From: Giardia intestinalis
Taxonomy: Eukaryota
Length of the DNA stretch: 64,000 bases
Reading direction: 5' to 3' (one strand)
Assembly: GCA_000002435.2 (NCBI GenBank)
Contig: CM018791.1
Shown: positions 28,711 through 38,995 of the stretch, one piece after another
How the letters are laid out: each line of letters begins with the position of its first letter
Numbering within the stretch: the stretch's first letter is position 1
Made by a program: the position numbers and the translations under genes
Notes under the pieces: model-generated
Seen by the model: the letters and a program-made list of their open reading frames with translations, nothing else
What the model was told of the DNA's origin: nothing
Databases searched by the model: none

Positions 28711-28734
28711 CTACACTGCATACTACACTGCATA
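28711..28734. repeat. perfect tandem duplication of 12-mer CTACACTGCATA (x2), with a degenerate third copy at 28697-28710
   Basis: Read directly in the 119-bp divergent spacer between the cNMP-binding gene and the membrane-protein gene. Confidence 0.8.
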
Positions 28735-28756
28735 AGCGCTCTACAACTAGGTGCTC

Positions 28757-30451
28757 ATGAAGAATAAACAGAAATCGTATACCGACCTGCCCAATAAGGA
28801 AGTCCACCTTGAGCAGACGTTCCGACGTGGTTTCAGAGATCGGACAACTGGTGCCACCAGCCCGTTATTAAAATGTCCTAAAGCTGAGAGTGCCTCCTTG
28901 CCTGGTGGTGGCTTGTCTTGCAACTATTTATACATGATTATGTGGCCAATGTGGAAGGCTTATCTGTACATTTTTCTTGCGCGTCTATTTTACAACGGCA
29001 CACTCTATGTTTTTCTCGTCTTACAATTCCTTATCAGTATCCATTTTTGCGGCTTTAACGGCACGCTTGCCTTTTGCAACTTCATTGCTTTCAGGGAGCT
29101 AATCCTAAACATCTCTAGCAACACCGCGACACGGGTCTTTTCATGCGCTGCACAGGTTCATCAACTAACCAATGACTTCACGTTCGTGAGGGGGCTATTA
29201 GTGCTGTATTTTCTAGTCTACATTTGCTACTCTGTCTTAATTATTCTGATTGTAGCACTTTTGAGGCAGGTATTCGGTGATGTTCTCAACGTATTCCCCG
29301 CTATCATAAAGCGCTTTCCACAGTATGACCCAGAATTGCTGAAAAACTATCTCTCTGTAATGAGCCTGCCACTTCAGGGTCTAGGCTTGGGAATCTGTAC
29401 CTTTATTAGCACAGAAAATAGATACTTCTTACCCGGCATAATCGCGTTTTCGTCTGTGCTGTGCAGCCTCTTCTTCCAGCTCCTCTTTCTGCTCTCCAGG
29501 ACCAACATTATCACGCACATCCAAGGTTCTCCTAGTAACGTTGTTTTGCTGCTCGAGGGCGTCCCTCAGATTGTATTTGGAATCGCTAGTGTGGTAGCAA
29601 TTGTCTATGTGATCTCTGTTGGCCGCGCACCCCAGCTCAGAAAGTATAATATCTTTCTTCATTTTCGCTATATCCACCGTGTAGATTTTAGCATGATAGC
29701 CAAGATGGCCAGGAACATGGTCGCTTTAACTCTTCAGCACTCTATCCAGCCATTACTACTTCTCTCTATTCAGTACAGAGTGGCTAGGACGTCTAATCCA
29801 TTCGAGTATTACTGCATGCAGATGCTTTGTGTGGTCATGTACTATCTTTTGACGCGATGCTCTGACACTATGGTGATGTCCTCCAGTGAAGCTTATGCGA
29901 TTGTCAGGGGAGTGTATGAGCAGGCAGGAATAGCTGAAAAGTCTTGGCTGCTAAAGCTTCTTTTCCTGGGGACGGCGTTGGCGTCATCATCACTGGTCTT
30001 GATATTCTTTCAAGCCTACCGAGAAAAAATCCTCACACTAAGCATACCGCTTGCTTTCCGTATGCATTCCAATTTGTTTTCCATGTACTTCTCCAACTAC
30101 AACGCAAGATACGCGACAGCAATTTGGACCTGCCTCATTCACATAATCACCAGCATATTTGTTACATATTTTAACGTGAGCGTTTTGTTTGAGGAGTCTC
30201 TACTGTATAGCCTCTCGATGATTGTGTATAAATATACTCTACTGGTTATTACGGTCTGCGTCACTCTGCAGCACATAGCCGGTGACTCGGCGCTGCCATT
30301 TATTTTTCTAATTATCAACGTGCTTACTCTCCCTCTCTACATACTAAGGTCGTTCGTTAGTTACAATCGCATGGCTCGTAAATCAAAGCAGACTATTGAA
30401 AAAGAAAAAGCTGTTTGTACAGCCATTTTCTATGATGTGCTGAAGAGTTAA
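28757..30451 (+). CDS. hypothetical multi-pass integral membrane protein (at least 10 hydrophobic helices), about 564 aa
   Basis: The ORF-track start at 28751 is GTG. The first ATG is at 28757 (MKNKQKS...). The hydrophobic segments are long and Phe/Leu/Ile-rich. No transporter signature recognised. Confidence 0.6.
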   Translation: MKNKQKSYTDLPNKEVHLEQTFRRGFRDRTTGATSPLLKCPKAESASLPGGGLSCNYLYMIMWPMWKAYLYIFLARLFYNGTLYVFLVLQFLISIHFCGFNGTLAFCNFIAFRELILNISSNTATRVFSCAAQVHQLTNDFTFVRGLLVLYFLVYICYSVLIILIVALLRQVFGDVLNVFPAIIKRFPQYDPELLKNYLSVMSLPLQGLGLGICTFISTENRYFLPGIIAFSSVLCSLFFQLLFLLSRTNIITHIQGSPSNVVLLLEGVPQIVFGIASVVAIVYVISVGRAPQLRKYNIFLHFRYIHRVDFSMIAKMARNMVALTLQHSIQPLLLLSIQYRVARTSNPFEYYCMQMLCVVMYYLLTRCSDTMVMSSSEAYAIVRGVYEQAGIAEKSWLLKLLFLGTALASSSLVLIFFQAYREKILTLSIPLAFRMHSNLFSMYFSNYNARYATAIWTCLIHIITSIFVTYFNVSVLFEESLLYSLSMIVYKYTLLVITVCVTLQHIAGDSALPFIFLIINVLTLPLYILRSFVSYNRMARKSKQTIEKEKAVCTAIFYDVLKS

Positions 30452-30657
30452 CAGAAGCATTAGATTGTGGAGTTTTGCTTTTCTTTCAACACACAACAGG
30501 TGTTGAAGTTTTTGTTGGAGCAGAGCTAGAATGTAATGGAGTTGCATAGGTACTTATCCATTGCAAGGGCCAATGTGCGTGTCGAAATGGGTTGGCTTCA
30601 AATTTTCACTGTTTCTTCTCCACAGGTATCATGATAGAATAAAAAAGCCAGTAATTC

Positions 30658-31887
30658 ATGCCTGATCACGCATTCTGGAACACTCAGCCAGTCGTGCAGG
30701 AGTTGGTTGAGGCTCTAGAGGATGGCGACATGCCCCAAGATCTTATTTCTGTGGATCCTGCCCAGCATCCCGACACTTCCATCCCACTCCCGGAAAAGTT
30801 CGTCTGGACGGCTATTGATCCCCACGATGACGGCCATATGGCCGACCTCTACAAGCTTTTACACGCGTATTACGTCGAAGACACCAGTAACATGTTTCGC
30901 TTCGCGTATTCTAAGGATCTTTTAAGATGGTGGTTGACAAGTCCTGGTTGCAAACCAGAGTACTCTCTAGGAATACGCATAGACGACCCAGATAGCGAAG
31001 GCCACGGAAGGCTCATTGGTTATATTTCTGGGGTCGTGAGTGACTACGCCTACTCTAACGTGGACGGAGGCGAGGTCTTTTCTAGGCCCATGCAGAGTAT
31101 TGTATTTCTGTGCCTCGATAAGAAGTATCGTAGTCTAAAGTTGGCCCCGCTGTTAATTCAAGAGATCACACGCCGCTCGTACAAGAACGGAGTCTTCCAT
31201 GCCATATACACGTCTGGAACGTCTCTGACCGCTCCCATTCAGGTTGCAACCTACTACCACCGCATTCTCAATCCCCTGAAGCTGGCAAGAATTGGGTTTT
31301 GCACGAAGCCTAAAGCAATCAGCGACAAGGAGTTTGCCTTTTTCTACAAGCTGCCCTTTCTTCCCACTGCTTTGTCATCGTGCTTTCATGTTTGCACTGA
31401 AGCTGATATCCCTGTTCTCTATGATCTCTATCTAGAGTATACTCGCAGAAAGTACAAGTTCAGGCAGATCTACTCCAAAGAAATGTTCACACATGTGGTG
31501 ACGCACAGAAAGGATAGCATCCACACACTGGTGTACAGAGAGAAAGAGGGAGGGCAGCCAGATGCGTTTATCACCTACTACATCATCGACACGGCAGTCC
31601 TGGCCAAAGACATCAGAAAGCAATATCCAAACATGCGTAACGGGTACATTTACCTTTATTCTCTGCGCGATGACTGCAACCTGTCTATAGGCCAGCTAGT
31701 CCTCGCCCTTATGCACGATATGCAGAACAACAATATCGATGTCTGCACTGCTCTTAACGTAGGGCTTAACCCCAGCTTCTTCTCCACCATGAAGTTCGCA
31801 GAAGGGAGCGGAAAGCTGAATTACTATCTGTTTAATTTGAAATGGCCGAAGATGGCCTTGAAGGACATAGGGGTCGTGTTGATATGA
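30658..31887 (+). CDS. NMT: glycylpeptide N-tetradecanoyltransferase (N-myristoyltransferase)
   Basis: The N-terminal FWNTQPV motif matches the NMT FW(S/N)TQPV motif. The segment ...YVEDTSNMFRFAYSKDLLRWWLTSPGCKPEYSLGIR... matches the conserved NMT core. The 409-aa length fits. ATG verified at 30658. Confidence 0.8.
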   Translation: MPDHAFWNTQPVVQELVEALEDGDMPQDLISVDPAQHPDTSIPLPEKFVWTAIDPHDDGHMADLYKLLHAYYVEDTSNMFRFAYSKDLLRWWLTSPGCKPEYSLGIRIDDPDSEGHGRLIGYISGVVSDYAYSNVDGGEVFSRPMQSIVFLCLDKKYRSLKLAPLLIQEITRRSYKNGVFHAIYTSGTSLTAPIQVATYYHRILNPLKLARIGFCTKPKAISDKEFAFFYKLPFLPTALSSCFHVCTEADIPVLYDLYLEYTRRKYKFRQIYSKEMFTHVVTHRKDSIHTLVYREKEGGQPDAFITYYIIDTAVLAKDIRKQYPNMRNGYIYLYSLRDDCNLSIGQLVLALMHDMQNNNIDVCTALNVGLNPSFFSTMKFAEGSGKLNYYLFNLKWPKMALKDIGVVLI

Positions 31888-31936
31888 CTTGTAAATAGAA
31901 AACACGACAAGGTATATCCACGGCGCTGGGGGTATC

Positions 31937-33802
31937 CTACATATCATCGGACTTCTCGGTATATTCCTCGGTGGACGATTCATCGGTAGATTCTTCAGCA
32001 GACTCATCGGTGTGGATGATCTCATCTTCGCCATCCGTGCCGAGGGCTTGACGGTCCTGCTCTTGGGCCTCTTCTTCCACTTGGCGTCTGAGATCGTTGA
32101 GAATGTCATCAGAGAAGCGCAATGGCGCCAGCTTCTGAGATAGAGAAACCAAAGTGTTTTTATATGATATTCTATTGTGAAATAAAGATTTAAAGCCCGA
32201 AATAGCAGGGATTGATCGATCAGACTTAAGGACTTCTGGGCGCTCCTTCAGGAGTGTATTCACCCATATCAATATGTCACTGACATATTCCGTATTCTCC
32301 ACGCAGTTTGCGTACTGAAGGAGAGACGCAAAGACGCTATGAACACCCTCCTCGGAAAGCATTTTTGCAGTATTGATTCGAGCCTGCTTGGACGTTGTTG
32401 TCAATAGTGCATGTAGCCGGTGCTTATTCTTTTGAGCAATCACTTGCTCAATAGGCAAGACGTCGTCAGATTGAGAGGTCTCCCGGAACTCGTCAATGTG
32501 AACGGGTGGTGCAGCTATCGCGGCTTTTGGTAGTACGGCGCTCTGGATATTGGGGTTTGCTTCATTGAAGCGTGTGAATTGATTGAATATTTCAGCATTT
32601 GCACCGGTAGCAGCCCCCTGAATGGCTTGATGAGATGACTGCAGCAGCCGTGCTGACACATCTGCAATGGTACGCTTCTCAGTCTTTTGCTTCGCCTCAT
32701 CAGGATCCGTCTGATGATCTTCGACAAAGAAATAGTCTTTCAGGAGGTTATTTGGGACATCTTCTGTGATCAGTGATGGAAGCGTATAGTTCCCCTTAAT
32801 GATGTAAATGGCTGACTTGGCCCTTAAGTACTGTGGAATAGCTGCCAAGATGCTGGAAGCCAACGTTCCTGATGCACGTAACTCCAGAGCAGGAGGCACA
32901 GAAGGGATTCGCGCCCCCTTTTTGGTCACCTGTTCTAGGCTTGGAAAGGGAAGGATGAAAAGCGAGACAGAATTAGAAGAGCAAGCGGTGATTGCATATG
33001 TTACACATGCATGTTTAGCCTTCCCATAACTTGCGCTGAGAGTAAGTTGTGTCTGGGTATCAGAACTGACTAAGCGCCCAACTCGAAGCAAGTGCTCTTG
33101 CTTGTAATAGCCCAAGAGGCTTATTATCGATGCATTTCTCATGGAAACACCAATCAGGCAATGCTCACATGCAAGTGCAACCACTGAGGACTGAAGCCCA
33201 AGGAAGTTGATCCCAGTTTGGTTGCAATCTAATATGTAAAGCCCTGGGCCATAGGCTATAACGCACGACTGCTCCAACAGCCCCATGTGTATCTCTGAAA
33301 CAGTGGGCTGCGTGGCGGGAGTGAGCGAGTCTGGTTGTGCCTTATTCAACGGACTAGAGTGTCGGTAGGGGATGCTCAATATGTTGACTTCTTTTTGTTT
33401 GACTAGAGACCCACTTTGGCCCCAGATACCCTTTATGAGTACTCCATCAATGTCAATTGATAACACATAAGAAGCGCCTCTGGGAGCGACAATGGCAGCG
33501 ACTGCAGATCTGTGAGAATAATTGGCTGAAACAAACAGCGATCCCTCACTCGTCCAGGTGTAAATACTTCCAGAATTGGTTCCGATAATTGCCCCCTGTA
33601 CCTCTGACCTTTGTCCTTCGGCCCTGTCCTTACCGTGAAGAGCCAGCGACGTATCGAAAAGCATAGCGGTGACACTCATGGTGACGAGCTGAGAATCGGT
33701 GATGTCCCGGAGCCACATCCCAGACGTTGCATCCCAAAGCCGTAACATCCCATTTTGCTGGTAGACGGCGAAACAGGCCTTACGACTGTCAGTAATTAAC
33801 AT
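31937..33802 (-). CDS. WD40/beta-propeller-like protein with acidic C-terminal tail; 621 aa (hypothetical)
   Basis: ATG verified. The N-terminal half has WD-like repeats (LRLWDATSG..., SIYTWTSEG...). The C-terminus is strongly acidic (DESAEESTDESSTEEYTEKSDDM). Confidence 0.45.
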   Translation of the reverse strand: MLITDSRKACFAVYQQNGMLRLWDATSGMWLRDITDSQLVTMSVTAMLFDTSLALHGKDRAEGQRSEVQGAIIGTNSGSIYTWTSEGSLFVSANYSHRSAVAAIVAPRGASYVLSIDIDGVLIKGIWGQSGSLVKQKEVNILSIPYRHSSPLNKAQPDSLTPATQPTVSEIHMGLLEQSCVIAYGPGLYILDCNQTGINFLGLQSSVVALACEHCLIGVSMRNASIISLLGYYKQEHLLRVGRLVSSDTQTQLTLSASYGKAKHACVTYAITACSSNSVSLFILPFPSLEQVTKKGARIPSVPPALELRASGTLASSILAAIPQYLRAKSAIYIIKGNYTLPSLITEDVPNNLLKDYFFVEDHQTDPDEAKQKTEKRTIADVSARLLQSSHQAIQGAATGANAEIFNQFTRFNEANPNIQSAVLPKAAIAAPPVHIDEFRETSQSDDVLPIEQVIAQKNKHRLHALLTTTSKQARINTAKMLSEEGVHSVFASLLQYANCVENTEYVSDILIWVNTLLKERPEVLKSDRSIPAISGFKSLFHNRISYKNTLVSLSQKLAPLRFSDDILNDLRRQVEEEAQEQDRQALGTDGEDEIIHTDESAEESTDESSTEEYTEKSDDM

Positions 33803-33834
33803 TTATTTTTGCTGCTGGGGCCTTTAATAGCATA
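33803..33834. promoter_or_regulatory. 32-bp divergent spacer (putative bidirectional promoter) between the WD40 gene and the 1572-aa gene
   Basis: The sequence is ttatttttgctgctggggcctttaatagcata. Both flanking ATGs were verified. Confidence 0.4.
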
Positions 33835-36800
33835 ATGCTTCCTGCTGAGGCTGCCTCAGAGCTTCTAGAAACCACTCTGAGCCTAAGCGTAGAGCCCTAT
33901 TTATCAGGGGCATGTTCCTTCCTAGACATTGCAGAAGAGCAGGTTCAGCTTGTTAGCGAATGCTTTACCCAGGAAATTCTTTCAGATACCTTAGAAAATC
34001 ACTACGATGCGAGCAACCATAGCATCGGAAGCGATAACGATCGCCAGGCGCTTTTATTTGTCCTACTTGTCTTGACGACTCGTGGAGGGACAGGGGTGCC
34101 TCTAGAAGATTCTTACATAGCCACGCAGCTCTTGGCGCGGTTGGTGCCTCTGTCTGCTGACTTTATTGACCTGATACTTTGCGCATTTGCCGGGGTAATA
34201 TCTTCTGGCATAACGATCCTTGAACAGGCATCCCTGCAGGGAAAGGCCCGGTCGAAGACCCTCTCTTCTCATACTCAAGCAAGTACCCGAAGAGCTACGC
34301 AGAACATCGTCAACTCACAATCCTCTGTTGGCAGCCAGGAGGATTATACTCTGCTTTTAGATATGGATGCAGAACCTGTCGATCTCACAGCCACTCCAGC
34401 CACTGTAATCACGGCTATAATCACGGCCTTCAACAGTATGGCTGCATTTTTTCGAGAATCGCCCAACTGTACGCCACAGCTGAACACTCTGACGTACCTC
34501 CGAACTATGGCCTCGGAAACAGTGGTACGCCTGCTTAACAAGCCTCTAAAATATGTTACATACACAGAAGCTCCGGCTCCGGCTATTATAAAAGCCGTAT
34601 TCAAGCTACTTGAGGCGCTGATGGACTCGTTGACGGCTTATCGCGGAGTCCTGCTATATGACGTCGTGAGACTACTTGTTCTCAATCCTCATGGAAAGCA
34701 TAAAGTAACCAGCTCTCTCTTCGTAGAATCAGTCAGCTTGGTTCAAGCTCTGAGTCATGAATGTTTATGCAGAACATGCCTTCCACTGTCCTCGTCCACG
34801 CTTTTCTCATCTGCAGATTTAGATACCTTTCTATCAGTTTACCTTCCGCTGCTTCAGTTTAGTTTGTTGAGCATTCACGACCTCTCCGCCATCCGACTTT
34901 GTGGTGCCTCTGCAATAGCCAAATTGATAGATGCAATTCTATGCACATTTAACACTACGGGAACTGAACCTAAGATATCCGCAAAATATCAAGAGTTGTT
35001 TTTCAGCAGACTAATCTCATTCTTCCATGCCTTGGTCAATCAACCCAAAGCTACCTACAAGTTGGCTGTGCTTGATCTATTAGCAGCCATCTTTATCAAC
35101 AAAGCAATCTGTCTTAAGCTTGAGGCCTCTACTGATTTTCTCGAGCGGATTTGCATTGATCTCCTTTTCCCTCTCGCATGCGATCAGGACGACTCTGTTG
35201 CAGCATCTACCCTCAATCTGTTGACTCGTTCATATTCTAATAAGACTATCTCAAGATACATCACATTATTAGTTTATCCCCTTTGCTTATCTTTTACGCT
35301 ATTGTTTCGGGCAAATATTAAGTTGCATTTAGTCATTCAGTCTGTTGCCTTGCGGAAGGCCACAACATATTTTCTCGGTAGCTGCATTATTTTTGACACA
35401 AGCAAGCTCTTGGATGCTATTATCCCAAGGTTAAAGTCCTCTAATAATCGCAGTACCAATAACAGCGATAATAGAGATGCCGATGAGCCTTCAGAAGAGC
35501 AGCATAGCTCACCACCCTCCCCACAGACTTCACGACCTAACGGTGAAGTTAACGCTGAGGAGGAGCCCCTGAGTTTGTCGATGTTGAATGACTCTGCAGA
35601 CGACGAGCTTTCGCCCCCTCACCAAGCAATGCTTACGTTCCTGAGTAGCTCTCTATCTGATCGAGGACTAGAACTTCTTTCTATTGCTCGAAATCGCCTC
35701 TGCGGACTTTTGAATAATCTCAGGATCAGTCACATCAACGTTTCAATCAAAGATCTTTTAATGGACGAGCTTTCTGTTAGATGCCAGGACTCTTCACCTG
35801 TAGTACGCAAGCTAGCTATCAATACCATGCTAGAGTGCGCCAACGTAATCCCTCTGTCTTTGTGGTTCGAATGTGTATTCAATTCTCGAGGCGAGTCAGT
35901 CGACGGATCCGCAAATATTGTTTTAGAGCATGCCATGAAGATCCTGCTCCATCCAATCCTGGATTGTTTACCAAATAGCGACGTTTCTACTGGCTCTGTG
36001 GAGTGCAAGATTTCTCTTCTGTTTGGAGGCGTGCTATTTCATCTTGCACCTAAGTATGAAGGTGCTGAACAGCGTGTAACTATCACCAGTCTTTCATATA
36101 CCGTTCGAAACGTGCTAAAGCAGCACAGTCTATCTGAGTACCTGCAGCTGTTGGGTTGTGCAATAGAAACACCGTTAAAGCTCACACAGACTGACCAAGT
36201 TGCTTGTGGGGCACTAGTTTTAGCAATAGGCTGCACCACTATGCTTGTTCATTGTTACGAAGGAACATTTACCATTGATGATGCTGCGGCGATTGATCTG
36301 CCGTTTTCCTACGTGGCACCGTTAGCAGCCACTGGCTCTATAGGGCCTGTGGGATTGGCCACAATCTATAACCCGATACTATCGGCCTCACTTGAGACAG
36401 ATACCATTGGAGTGGGTCTCTCGTATTTGCTTCTGTCCTGCATATCATTACTGTCTGACTTCTTGCAAAATGAGGACCCGCAGCATATAAGTAGTCTTAT
36501 GTTTGCAATTGATAAAGATAATTTGGCAAGAGTTTTTCTGCAGAAGATTGATTTGTTACTTGGATTCTTGGGTCTTAAGCACCATAATGCTAATCTTGTT
36601 GAGAAGTCCCATGTGTTCTCCGATAGCGTTGTTTTGATTATGAAGAATATTCTGGAAGGTATTGCATGCTTTCTGCACATCTATCAGCTATCCGACACAT
36701 CGTTAGGTGGCCAGTGCAAACGCTTTTTGCTTAAATGCATTCCTCTGGTAGATATTTCTATGCACATGCTTCATACAGTCTTTCCAGAGCTTTCAGATGC

Positions 36801-38553
36801 ATTAAATTTGGAGCATGATGGTCCTTCTGCTCAGTCAAGCGTTCATCAGGAAGAGCGTCCAAGAACAGAATACGCGTCCTTTTCACTTGGCTATCTAGAT
36901 GCAATAGTTGGCCACACATCATGTCTGTCACAAATTGTCAGAATAAGCATCTCTATTTTCTCTAATGAAAACCTTCCTTCCACCATCGCAGAGTTGCAGG
37001 CATTGCTGTCTAATGTCCAGGCGGCTGTCTTGGCACGATTACAGCACATAGCGATCAATGCCTCTGCTCTTCTGGAAGGAAAGACAGATGCATCAACATC
37101 TACTTCCACTTCCACTTCCACTTCTACAATCATTCAGCAATTGACTGAGGGACTGGCTCTAAACTCAGCAGAGCTCACCGACCTTTGCAACGGCACCCCT
37201 CCTACTTGTCAGTTGTGCGCCCATGTACTAAGAAACATAGTATCTGAGGGATTGGTGGAGCAGCTGGGAACTATGAAAAGTGCTCAATTTAGCGACATCT
37301 GCCTCGGGGTAGCATCGTTAATAGGAGAATTCAGGGCGCACATGACAGAACTGGTACGTAAAAATAATGACAATGGCTCACCAGATCTCCACGTAGTGTC
37401 CAAGTTGCTTCAACTTTGTGACAATCTTTCCGGCACTCTGATCAGTTGCCTCGGCTACCACGTCCTTCACCTAGACCCTTTGAAAGATGCGCCTGCACTG
37501 ACTGCATACCTCTCTTCCTTGTCACACATCTCACTAAAGCATTGCAGTCCACAGGCTAGAAACAATAGCCTTCTAGCATTGGCGTCTCTGTGCTATCTTG
37601 TCCCAGATATGGCTGGAGACCACCTTACTATTCTGTTGCCCCTTATGGAAGAGTGCTCTCTTCTCATTCGCCGCCAAGCTCTTCTTGTTATCAGTGACCT
37701 TCTACTTAAGGAATACCTAAGGAAGGAGCCCGCTTTACTTCTAGCTTTGTACTCTCTCATTGCAAAGGAAACTAACTACGAGTTTCGTCTATTTGCGCGA
37801 AGAATATGTATTGAGCCTCTGCTCAGAAAGGTACCAACATTCATAACCCATTCGTTCCTAGATGTACTGCTGATGCTGTCTGGGTCTCAAGGCTTTACTA
37901 GATGCCCTATTACTCTAATTGCACTTAAGATCATAGAGATAACGAGCTTTTCTGGCCCAGAAGGCCTTCGGGGTGTGCACAACACTGACTCGGAGAAGGA
38001 GTTACGTGAAAAGCTTGTCAAAACACTATCAATCCAATCCAGTACGCATCGGCACGACTTCTATGTTTTTCTATTAGCATTGCTAACCCCTCCTAAGCGT
38101 TTTGAGATCTTATCAATCATGCTCAGAGAGTTCTTAGATAAAATAGACGATTATTCCACACTTCTATCTGTATACTCTGCACTGGATGACATTCTGCAAC
38201 TGCTTGTGGCCGGGCTCTTTGACTATAAGGTTGATACGCTTGCTTATCAGCTTCCTGAGTCTCAACATTCACAAGATGATGGTCTTTCTGCAGAAAAGGT
38301 GGCCCTTGTGGCGTCGGTAATTGGACGCCTGTCAGACAAGTACTCTCTTGACAGACTTCTCCCTGCTCTTCTACGAATCTACTCTCTATGCAGAGACAAT
38401 CAGCTGTCTCTTACTGTGAAGCTATCCGAGGCAATTCACTCTGTTCTGCGGCGTTCCAAGATATCGATAGTCGATCTTAAGGAGGGCTATCCTCAGTTTG
38501 GTGCCGAGTTGTTGGAACTAAAGCTGCTAGATGACGTAGACGGGGTACGATAG
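33835..38553 (+). CDS. hypothetical large alpha-helical HEAT/ARM-like repeat protein, 1572 aa
   Basis: ATG verified. It has repetitive helical-repeat character throughout and an internal (ST)n tract. The C-terminal region has HEAT-like repeats (SPVVRKLAINTMLE..., IRRQALLVISDLLLKEY...). A resemblance to condensin-type HEAT subunits is possible but unconfirmed. Confidence 0.65.
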   Translation: MLPAEAASELLETTLSLSVEPYLSGACSFLDIAEEQVQLVSECFTQEILSDTLENHYDASNHSIGSDNDRQALLFVLLVLTTRGGTGVPLEDSYIATQLLARLVPLSADFIDLILCAFAGVISSGITILEQASLQGKARSKTLSSHTQASTRRATQNIVNSQSSVGSQEDYTLLLDMDAEPVDLTATPATVITAIITAFNSMAAFFRESPNCTPQLNTLTYLRTMASETVVRLLNKPLKYVTYTEAPAPAIIKAVFKLLEALMDSLTAYRGVLLYDVVRLLVLNPHGKHKVTSSLFVESVSLVQALSHECLCRTCLPLSSSTLFSSADLDTFLSVYLPLLQFSLLSIHDLSAIRLCGASAIAKLIDAILCTFNTTGTEPKISAKYQELFFSRLISFFHALVNQPKATYKLAVLDLLAAIFINKAICLKLEASTDFLERICIDLLFPLACDQDDSVAASTLNLLTRSYSNKTISRYITLLVYPLCLSFTLLFRANIKLHLVIQSVALRKATTYFLGSCIIFDTSKLLDAIIPRLKSSNNRSTNNSDNRDADEPSEEQHSSPPSPQTSRPNGEVNAEEEPLSLSMLNDSADDELSPPHQAMLTFLSSSLSDRGLELLSIARNRLCGLLNNLRISHINVSIKDLLMDELSVRCQDSSPVVRKLAINTMLECANVIPLSLWFECVFNSRGESVDGSANIVLEHAMKILLHPILDCLPNSDVSTGSVECKISLLFGGVLFHLAPKYEGAEQRVTITSLSYTVRNVLKQHSLSEYLQLLGCAIETPLKLTQTDQVACGALVLAIGCTTMLVHCYEGTFTIDDAAAIDLPFSYVAPLAATGSIGPVGLATIYNPILSASLETDTIGVGLSYLLLSCISLLSDFLQNEDPQHISSLMFAIDKDNLARVFLQKIDLLLGFLGLKHHNANLVEKSHVFSDSVVLIMKNILEGIACFLHIYQLSDTSLGGQCKRFLLKCIPLVDISMHMLHTVFPELSDALNLEHDGPSAQSSVHQEERPRTEYASFSLGYLDAIVGHTSCLSQIVRISISIFSNENLPSTIAELQALLSNVQAAVLARLQHIAINASALLEGKTDASTSTSTSTSTSTIIQQLTEGLALNSAELTDLCNGTPPTCQLCAHVLRNIVSEGLVEQLGTMKSAQFSDICLGVASLIGEFRAHMTELVRKNNDNGSPDLHVVSKLLQLCDNLSGTLISCLGYHVLHLDPLKDAPALTAYLSSLSHISLKHCSPQARNNSLLALASLCYLVPDMAGDHLTILLPLMEECSLLIRRQALLVISDLLLKEYLRKEPALLLALYSLIAKETNYEFRLFARRICIEPLLRKVPTFITHSFLDVLLMLSGSQGFTRCPITLIALKIIEITSFSGPEGLRGVHNTDSEKELREKLVKTLSIQSSTHRHDFYVFLLALLTPPKRFEILSIMLREFLDKIDDYSTLLSVYSALDDILQLLVAGLFDYKVDTLAYQLPESQHSQDDGLSAEKVALVASVIGRLSDKYSLDRLLPALLRIYSLCRDNQLSLTVKLSEAIHSVLRRSKISIVDLKEGYPQFGAELLELKLLDDVDGVR
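37102..37125 (+). repeat. (ACTTCC)n hexanucleotide microsatellite encoding (ST)n inside the 1572-aa CDS
   Basis: Read directly: acttcc x3 plus acttct. The protein reads ...DASTSTSTSTSTSTII.... Confidence 0.85.
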
Positions 38554-38598
38554 GCATGGTAGCCGACCAGGTCATCACCACAGACTTTCAATGCAACT

Positions 38599-38763
38599 TC
38601 ATTGCCTATGAAGTGCAAAGAAGTCACTACGCTCCTCTAAGTAACGCATATTCTGCTCTACAACCTTTTGTAAGTGATGAACTCTACCCTCTAAGTCTTC
38701 TATATATTCTACAACATAACAGGGAAGGTCTGCAGGAAGCTTCGGCCTGATTGGGTAGCCCAT
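38599..38763 (-). CDS. candidate unlisted small ORF, 54 aa (MGYPIRPKLPADLPCYVVEYIEDLEGRVHHLQKVVEQNMRYLEERSDFFALHRQ)
   Basis: ATG-initiated ORF that I translated by hand. It is below the ORF-track size cut-off. It lies in a 442-bp spacer between two plus-strand genes, which is unusually long for this locus. Its mix of charged and hydrophobic residues looks like a real small helical protein. Confidence 0.25.
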   Translation of the reverse strand: MGYPIRPKLPADLPCYVVEYIEDLEGRVHHLQKVVEQNMRYLEERSDFFALHRQ

Positions 38764-38995
38764 GACTTGAACGAGTTGCTAAAGTTACAATTTTTCCTTC
38801 CTGTAGACGGAAGACAATTCGGCAATTGATGCAAATATCAAACAGTTTAGGTCCTTATCTGTCGCTGTATGCCTTTCTAGCGGCTTTTTGCAAACGCCCC
38901 CACAGCTGCCTGCTCTAATAAACTAGCTGGTGCTTTTAAGCAGTCCACGTGGCTCATTACTCCTTACTATGTCGAGAGACCCAAAACACAAATAA

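Noticed and set aside
30486-30500. tcaacacacaacag upstream of NMT, resembling the diplomonad fused branch-point/3' splice-site motif (CTRACACACAG)
   Set aside because: It is not an exact match, because it has an extra A and no CTRAC. There is no GTATGT-type 5' splice site within a plausible distance upstream. NMT reads as a complete ORF without it.
36891-37133. 80-aa minus-strand ORF with (EV)n repeat
   Set aside because: It is the antisense of the (ACTTCC)n microsatellite that encodes (ST)n in the 1572-aa gene. It is not an independent gene.
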